A DNA stretch of 64,000 nt from Candidatus Auribacter fodinae. Lineage in GTDB: Bacteria > Auribacterota > Auribacteria > Auribacterales > Auribacteraceae. The translations under genes and the position numbers were made by a program. Where the stretch lies: the NCBI GenBank assembly GCA_003599815.1, contig QZJZ01000071.1, forward strand, positions 1,897 through 65,896, read 5' to 3'. Positions 57,913 through 64,000 of this stretch are shown piece by piece. Under the pieces are notes generated by a model, which had not been told where the DNA came from, did not search any database, and saw nothing but the letters and a program-made list of their open reading frames with translations. Position 1 is the first letter of the stretch. Each line of letters begins with the position of its first letter.

Positions 57913-59043
57913 ATGAAAATTGTCCTGTTACCGTCTAACTTCTCTCCGGATATGACCGGTATAGCCAATACAGCATCCCGGCTGTATAGATGGCTCAAGG
58001 AAAAAGGGCATAATGTTTCCGTAGTAACATTTACCGCTCGTTACTACAAAGACGCCGATATACCTGAGTGGGCTCGCGGCAACGATATTTACCGGTATTG
58101 CCCATCCCTCCGGCGCGGGAAAATAGCTTCTCTTCTGGATAGTATAAAACTTGCCGTTATTATCTGGCGTACCTGCCGGAATGCTGATATTATTATGACC
58201 ATGGGCTGGAGTCTGCTGAATATCGGGCTCCGGATTTCTCTTGTGTGTATGGGCAGGAAAAAGATTGTTATGGCGTTTCGCGGCAACGACGGTTGGAAGT
58301 ACGATTCGTCAGCGCGCATCAACCTGCGCAAATGGTTTGCCATGAGGTCTCATGTAATTACCAATTCATCTGCTCTGAAATATCATCTTGAAAAAAAATC
58401 CATTCCTGTGCAGGATGTCATATGGAGCGAAGCGGATTTCGAGCTGTTTGACAGATCGCTTAATAAGCCTGAACCCAATCATGTGGTGATGGTTAAAGGC
58501 CTCTATCCTGTCGGCGGGGCTGACGTGGCGCTTGAGGCTGTACACGAACTGTGCAAACGCGGCGTGAAAGTACGCATGACGTTTGCCGGGGACGGGCCGC
58601 TTCGTGAAGAGTTGACGGAACGAGCGCGCAAATACGGTATTTCAGATTGTGTCCGGTTTAAAGGGAGCGTCGCGCACCACCGCGTGCCGGATTTGCTGGC
58701 TCGCGCTGAGGTATTTGTGCTGTCCAGTAATTTGGAATCGTCACCGCATGTGGTAGCTGAGGCAATGGCAATGGCAAAACCGGTAGCGGCAACAGCGACT
58801 GACGGCACTGCTGAATTCATAAAACACGGTTTAACCGGCATGCTCAGCCCGGTTGGCGACCATAAGGCTTTGGCGGATAATATAGAGTACCTGCTTCGCA
58901 ACAAAAAGGAAGCGAGCGCTATGGCGGAGAACGCGTGGCAGTTCGCGAAAAATAAGTTGTCTCTGGATTGTTGTTTCAACCAGTATCAGGAAATTTTCGA
59001 CAGATTGCATGAAAAGAACGAGCGCGATAATTTATCCCATTAA
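57913..59043 (+). CDS. Glycosyltransferase family 4
   Basis: GDGP, SS..E......EAMA. Confidence 0.88.
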   Translation: MKIVLLPSNFSPDMTGIANTASRLYRWLKEKGHNVSVVTFTARYYKDADIPEWARGNDIYRYCPSLRRGKIASLLDSIKLAVIIWRTCRNADIIMTMGWSLLNIGLRISLVCMGRKKIVMAFRGNDGWKYDSSARINLRKWFAMRSHVITNSSALKYHLEKKSIPVQDVIWSEADFELFDRSLNKPEPNHVVMVKGLYPVGGADVALEAVHELCKRGVKVRMTFAGDGPLREELTERARKYGISDCVRFKGSVAHHRVPDLLARAEVFVLSSNLESSPHVVAEAMAMAKPVAATATDGTAEFIKHGLTGMLSPVGDHKALADNIEYLLRNKKEASAMAENAWQFAKNKLSLDCCFNQYQEIFDRLHEKNERDNLSH

Positions 59044-60199
59044 TATACGTTTTCCTATGGAACGGGCAAATTCAATACAGGTTGTCAATACCTGTCGTGC
59101 GCTCGCTGAAGCGGGTGTACTGGTATACTTGCTTGTACGTCATACCAGCGAACTCACAGAGCAGGATATGCTGGCGTTTTACGGGTTGAAACCGCATCCG
59201 AACCTGATGATAAAAAAGATTCCTGTCATCAAATCGGAAAACGCCTTTATTGCGAATAAATCGTATTACCTGTCAGTACTGAAATATATCTTTTATCTTC
59301 GGATGGCTAAGAGGATACGCGTGCTGTTCCTGCGTGACCTTGGGCTTGCGCATTATCTGAGCAAGGTTAAATGGCTGTTCGGATTCAGGTTTATATATGA
59401 GGCGCACCTGATCAGTTACCTTTTTGCCGAGCACCAGCACGAGCTTCTGCCCGACAGCAAGCCGGCCACGGACAAATATAAACGGAGTTTGTATAAAAAA
59501 GAGAAATGCGTCTTCAGGACAAGTGATTCGCTGATCGCTATTACGCATCATCTCAAGGATAACCTTGTTCAGCAGTTTAAAGTTAATCCCGAACGGGTAT
59601 CGGTTATACCGGACGCCGCTGATATTTCCCTGTATAAAGGTGTGCGGGAGAAGCGGAACGAGATCATTTACATTGGGCAGTTGTACCCATGGAAAGGCGT
59701 GGCTACACTCGTTCGCGCGATGAAATATATCACATGGCCGCTCAAGGTTATCGGCGGGCTTCCGTGGGAAAGCGACCTTCAGTCATTGAAAGAGCTTGCT
59801 CAAGAACTTGGCGTTGCCGACAAAATTGAGTTTACCGGTTTTTTGCGGTACAGGGATACAGCCCGCCATCTGGCAAAAGCCCGGATCTCAGTCATTCCGT
59901 TATCCGACAACATCATTGCCCGTGAATACACATCTCCTTTAAAACTGTTTGAGTCCATGGCGGCGCGTACCGCGGTGGTTGCGTCCGATCTTCCGTCCAT
60001 CAGGGAAATTATCCAGCCGGAATTTAACGGCATGCTGTTTGAAGCCGGAAATCCGAGGGCGTTAGCCCAGGCTGTGAACACTTTGATTGATCGTCATGAT
60101 CTGATGGTTAAAATTGTAGAAAATTCCTTTAATACCGTGCAGGCATATAGTTGGGAAAAACGTGCATCCCACATTAAGGAAATCATAGACGCCTTATGA
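59009..60199 (+). CDS. Glycosyltransferase family 4
   Basis: ANSIQ, GQLYPWKG, SPLKLFE.MA. Confidence 0.9.
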   Translation: MKRTSAIIYPINIRFPMERANSIQVVNTCRALAEAGVLVYLLVRHTSELTEQDMLAFYGLKPHPNLMIKKIPVIKSENAFIANKSYYLSVLKYIFYLRMAKRIRVLFLRDLGLAHYLSKVKWLFGFRFIYEAHLISYLFAEHQHELLPDSKPATDKYKRSLYKKEKCVFRTSDSLIAITHHLKDNLVQQFKVNPERVSVIPDAADISLYKGVREKRNEIIYIGQLYPWKGVATLVRAMKYITWPLKVIGGLPWESDLQSLKELAQELGVADKIEFTGFLRYRDTARHLAKARISVIPLSDNIIAREYTSPLKLFESMAARTAVVASDLPSIREIIQPEFNGMLFEAGNPRALAQAVNTLIDRHDLMVKIVENSFNTVQAYSWEKRASHIKEIIDAL

Positions 60200-61515
60200 G
60201 CGATATGTCCGCATCGGATAAGCGAAGCCTGAAGCGAATGCTGATTAAAGATTCGGCATTCATGTACCTGAGCAATATGTCGGTCACAGCTTCACGGTTT
60301 CTGCTGGTAATCATACTTGCCCGGATGACTGGCCCTGAGCAGTTTGGGCTTTTACAACTGGCGATTACCGCAGTATCATTTGTGGCGTTGTTTCTTGACT
60401 GTAAAGCAGACGATGCCCTAATCCGTTTTTTATCTGAATACTATACTACTGGAAACATTGCCGGGGCCCGAACGCTGGTGAGGCTGGGCTACTGCATGAA
60501 CGTGGTGCTTGGCGTGCTCTGTTTTTCCGTTGTGTTTATCGGGGCGGCGTTGCTGGCTCAGCATGTGTTTCATGATGCACAGGGGATTGTGCTTGTCCGC
60601 CTGTACGCCGCCGGGTTCGCGGCTACATTTTTTGACAGGACTGCATTGGCGGCGCTTCAATCGATGAAATGCTTCAAGCTGATAAGCCTCCTTACTCTTG
60701 CTTCGGCGTTCATCAAACTGGTCTTGCCTGTGGTATGTATACCATACGGGCTGATCGGAATAACCATCGGTTATTCTGCCGCGCATGTGCTTTCGGCGCT
60801 GGTAACCATTGCCGGAGCGTCGGTTGTTGCGCGCCGGCAGTACCCTCATTCCGGGAAGGGAACCCCTGTGATGGACGAGTTGAGGAAAATATACCGGTTT
60901 GTCATTCACAGTACGATTTCTTCTACGTTTAAATCGGTAATGTCGTATGTGGATGTGCTTATACTCGGTTTTTTCGGCTCAGCGACAGACGTCGGGTATT
61001 ACAAATTCGCGCTGGCGTTTACATCAATCTTCGGGCTGATCAGCAGTCCTGTGAACAATGTCATTTATCCGACCCTGACCCGCCTGTGGGTGCAAAAGGA
61101 TTTTGTGATGTACAAAAAAATTCTAGTCAAACTGACCAAATACAAAGCCCTCTTCCTTATTCCCTCTGCCGCCGCGACTGTTATTTTGACTCCTTTTATA
61201 ATCAGGCTGACCGTTGGGCAGGAATTCATGCCGGCGAAATACGCGATTTACATCATCATATGGGCGGTTATACTCGTAAACATTTTTTCATGGGTTAAAT
61301 CGGTGTTATTATCATGGGAAAAGCCTCAGGTATCCGCGATCGGAAACTTCGGCATCGTCTGCCTGATGACGGCATTATCATATTTTTTTGTTCCACGATG
61401 GGGTTATATTGGTTCATCCGTAACGTACGCTATATCCTATGGAGCAGGAATTATCTTCTATCTCATCGTAGTGATACGATTATCCCGGTCGGCGCTTTCT
61501 CCTCCAACTCAATAA
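60196..61515 (+). CDS. Polysaccharide flippase (Wzx/MATE-like)
   Basis: LAR..G...FG, many TMs, D..ILG....VGYY. Confidence 0.85.
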   Translation: MSDMSASDKRSLKRMLIKDSAFMYLSNMSVTASRFLLVIILARMTGPEQFGLLQLAITAVSFVALFLDCKADDALIRFLSEYYTTGNIAGARTLVRLGYCMNVVLGVLCFSVVFIGAALLAQHVFHDAQGIVLVRLYAAGFAATFFDRTALAALQSMKCFKLISLLTLASAFIKLVLPVVCIPYGLIGITIGYSAAHVLSALVTIAGASVVARRQYPHSGKGTPVMDELRKIYRFVIHSTISSTFKSVMSYVDVLILGFFGSATDVGYYKFALAFTSIFGLISSPVNNVIYPTLTRLWVQKDFVMYKKILVKLTKYKALFLIPSAAATVILTPFIIRLTVGQEFMPAKYAIYIIIWAVILVNIFSWVKSVLLSWEKPQVSAIGNFGIVCLMTALSYFFVPRWGYIGSSVTYAISYGAGIIFYLIVVIRLSRSALSPPTQ

Positions 61516-61536
61516 TCCCCATGGAGATATATTTTA

Positions 61537-61576
61537 ACAAATTTGTAGAAAGCACTATGATGCTCTACAAATTTGT
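61537..61576. promoter_or_regulatory. Paired ACAAATTTGT palindromes (putative enhancer-binding-protein sites)
   Basis: Two 10-bp palindromes starting 30 bp apart within a larger inverted repeat. Confidence 0.5.
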
Positions 61577-61710
61577 GTGGTTTCAGCCCTGTTTATAGGG
61601 TTGGCTGAATATATTGTGCTATCAAAAAATATAATTATTGCCTGTTTTAATGTGTTTTTTTGAATATGAATTAAGGTTGTTTGATAAATATGTGTAATTA
61701 TTATTATGAG

Positions 61711-61726
61711 CGGCACTATTGTTGCT
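61711..61726 (+). promoter_or_regulatory. sigma54 (-24/-12) promoter
   Basis: CGGCAC-TATTG-TTGCT (GG-N10-GC) upstream of porin-amtB. Confidence 0.7.
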
Positions 61727-61838
61727 TTGTTTTTGCTCAACTTAATGCGATCGGTATAGCGGAATTCGTCTCACTACAAAAACTGCATAAAAAATTGGGT
61801 GCCGTTGTAAAAGAAAAACCGCCAAAAGAGGAGGATTT

Positions 61839-62687
61839 ATGGGAAGCGGTACAAAAAAAACGGCTGTAATAGCAATGTTGGGTATTATGATGTGCAGTGT
61901 GTCCGTGAAAGCGGAAGAATCGGAAAACTGGATACCGGTGTTTGACGACGCGTTGTCGCAGGCAACGGAAATATCCCCAGTGGAAGTTGAACTCGGATTT
62001 ACGCTGGCAAACATGTATTTATGGCGCGGGCAAAAACTGGGCAGTGATACGTCATGGATGCCTTACGTGACTGTCAGTCCTGATTTTGAGCCTCTGGGTA
62101 ATGCCAGTTTCACGTACTGGGCTGACATGACCCAGCATGTGGAAGGCGATGACAACCTTGAAATGGATTTCGTGTTTGACTATACGGTGGAAATGATGGA
62201 TCTGCTGGCGCTCTGTTGCTATGACCAGAATGCCGCGCCTGAATGGGCGAATCTGTTGCTGGATCTATCGTTGAGCGCGGGTTACATAAATTATTATTTT
62301 CCCCCGACACAGGATGATTCGCATGAGGTGTACGGGAGCATAACGTTTAATAAAATTCCATTGAATCCGTCTATGGCAATATATAACGATTTTGGACAGG
62401 GAAGCGGTGTCTGGCTTGAATGGGGTGTATCACATGCGTTCGATCTCAAGTATTTCATGTTAAATGTGTATTCTATTCTCGGCTACAATCACCGCCAGTG
62501 GGGTAAGACATCGGCCTTGTCCACCATCGTGTACGGCGCGTCGATACCTGTACCGCTGGGCGCGCATATGAAAATAGAGCCGTTCCTGTCATATTCGCAG
62601 CGCCTGGAACGGACATTCACGGATGATGATACTGATCTGGTTCATGATGAATGGTACGGTGGTTTCAACTATTCAATCAGCTTCTGA
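61839..62687 (+). CDS. Outer-membrane beta-barrel (TorF-like putative porin)
   Basis: Signal peptide, YLWRG, E.D, alternating aromatic strands, terminal Phe; upstream of amtB. Confidence 0.7.
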   Translation: MGSGTKKTAVIAMLGIMMCSVSVKAEESENWIPVFDDALSQATEISPVEVELGFTLANMYLWRGQKLGSDTSWMPYVTVSPDFEPLGNASFTYWADMTQHVEGDDNLEMDFVFDYTVEMMDLLALCCYDQNAAPEWANLLLDLSLSAGYINYYFPPTQDDSHEVYGSITFNKIPLNPSMAIYNDFGQGSGVWLEWGVSHAFDLKYFMLNVYSILGYNHRQWGKTSALSTIVYGASIPVPLGAHMKIEPFLSYSQRLERTFTDDDTDLVHDEWYGGFNYSISF

Positions 62688-62719
62688 GAAAGTGATTGCA
62701 AAGAGAAGGAAGAGAGCCG

Positions 62720-64000
62720 ATGAAAAAAAAGCGTTTTTCTCTGGGATTATTAATGTGCCTCCTGCTGGGAGCCGGCTGTGCATACGCGGAAAATACTGCT
62801 GACTCCAACGCGGTTGCGCTGAATACGGTATGGACATTGCTCGCCGCGTTTCTGGTCTTTTTTATGCAGGCGGGGTTCGCGCTGGTGGAGACCGGGTTCA
62901 CGCGGGCGAAAAATGCCGGTAATATTATCATGAAAAACCTTATGGATTTTGCAATGGGGTCTATCGCCTACGCGGCTGTTGGGTATGGATTGATGTTCGG
63001 CGCGAGTAAATTGGGTTTGTTTGGCACGGACGGTTTTTTTCTGTCAAAGCTTGACCCATCTACCGGTGACGGGCTGTGGCAGTTTGCGTTCTGGCTGTTT
63101 CAGGTGGTGTTTGCCGCTACTGCGGCGACGATCGTATCGGGAGCGATGGCTGAACGCACAAAATTTACCAGTTATTTATTGTATAGCGTTGTTATATCCG
63201 CATTTATTTATCCGGTTGTCGGGCACTGGATATGGGGCGGAGGATGGCTTAGTTCCAAAGGGTTTATAGATTTCGCGGGGTCCACAGTAGTACATTCCGT
63301 CGGTGGATGGGCCGCACTGGCGGGCGCAATTGTACTGGGACCCCGTACAGGTAAGTATACACCAGACGGCAAGGTTCGCGCAATACCCGGACACAATATT
63401 CCTCTTGCCGCGCTTGGTGTGTTTATACTCTGGTTCGGATGGTTCGGTTTTAATCCGGGCAGTACGACTGCCGCGACGAACTTAAGTATCGCGGTGATAG
63501 CTGTAACCACGAACCTCGCCGCCGCCGCGGGAGCGATCGGCGCGATGATTACCGTATGGATTCAGTTCGGTAAACCGGATACCTCAATGACCCTGAACGG
63601 TGTGTTGGCTGGGCTGGTCGCTATCACAGCGGGGTGCGCGTCGGTATCGCCGATGTCAGCTGTACTGATCGGTTTTCTGGCAGGCGTACTGGTGGTATTT
63701 TCCATTGAGTTTCTGGATAAAGTGCTGAAAATTGACGATCCAGTCGGCGCTGTTTCCGTGCACGGCGTGTGCGGCGCTTTTGGCACGTTGGCAGTCGGGT
63801 TGTTCGCTCAGCCTGCGTATGAGAGCGCCAGCGGCGCGGGATCAATGGCCGGCTTGTTTTATGGCGGCGGTTTTTCGCTCCTGTTGGTTCAGCTGACCGC
63901 TGTTCTGAGTGTGTTTGCCTGGGTCTTTGTTTCAGCTATTATTCTGTTTATTGTGCTTAAGGCAGTGGTTGGGCTTCGGGTTGCGCCGATAGAGGAACTC
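62720..64000 (+). CDS. amtB: Ammonium transporter (runs off window)
   Basis: FMQAGFA.VE.G, SGAMAER, DFAGSTVVH.VGG, WFGWFGFN, DDPVGAVSVHG. Confidence 0.95.
   Translation, partial: MKKKRFSLGLLMCLLLGAGCAYAENTADSNAVALNTVWTLLAAFLVFFMQAGFALVETGFTRAKNAGNIIMKNLMDFAMGSIAYAAVGYGLMFGASKLGLFGTDGFFLSKLDPSTGDGLWQFAFWLFQVVFAATAATIVSGAMAERTKFTSYLLYSVVISAFIYPVVGHWIWGGGWLSSKGFIDFAGSTVVHSVGGWAALAGAIVLGPRTGKYTPDGKVRAIPGHNIPLAALGVFILWFGWFGFNPGSTTAATNLSIAVIAVTTNLAAAAGAIGAMITVWIQFGKPDTSMTLNGVLAGLVAITAGCASVSPMSAVLIGFLAGVLVVFSIEFLDKVLKIDDPVGAVSVHGVCGAFGTLAVGLFAQPAYESASGAGSMAGLFYGGGFSLLLVQLTAVLSVFAWVFVSAIILFIVLKAVVGLRVAPIEEL

Noticed and set aside
1-64000. CRISPR array, prophage, integron, intact IS, rRNA or riboswitch
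   Set aside because: No regularly spaced direct repeats, cas, integrase or phage genes, or recognisable structured RNA other than three tRNAs seen by eye; an Rfam scan was not possible.

Overview
Bacterial chromosomal window from a diderm organism (hldD, T2SS, PEP-CTERM proteins, outer-membrane barrel). The HU/IHF sequence and several domain types suggest a PVC-associated or related candidate lineage; this is inference only. Left to right: an AT-rich crtI-like/DUF2141/AarF block downstream of tRNA-Gln and tRNA-Glu; PHP, TPR and PEP-CTERM genes; tRNA-Arg; an envelope gene cluster (LPP20/FlgP-like x2, FlgT-N-like, CsgG+FlgT-C, small lipoproteins, GT2); five GT4 genes bracketed by two B12 radical SAM genes; rsmB and housekeeping genes; a RAYT/REP remnant hotspot; hldD, an SDR and a deoxyhypusine-synthase-like gene; a type II secretion operon with no secretin in the window, whose GspE carries a fused receiver domain and faces a divergent histidine kinase; GT-C/GT2, two PEP-CTERM genes, PilZ, HU, a pseudo-kinase/response-regulator pair, GT4/flippase genes; and a sigma54-type porin-amtB operon running off the end. 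Best candidate for an undescribed system: a tandem array of four paralogous micro-lipoproteins (41-60 aa, two absent from the ORF track) sharing GC-[TS]-Y-[NE]-x-[HY]-Y-[HY], embedded in the CsgG/FlgT/LPP20 cluster at 6.7-11.8 kb. All family calls are from motif recognition by eye; no searches were run.
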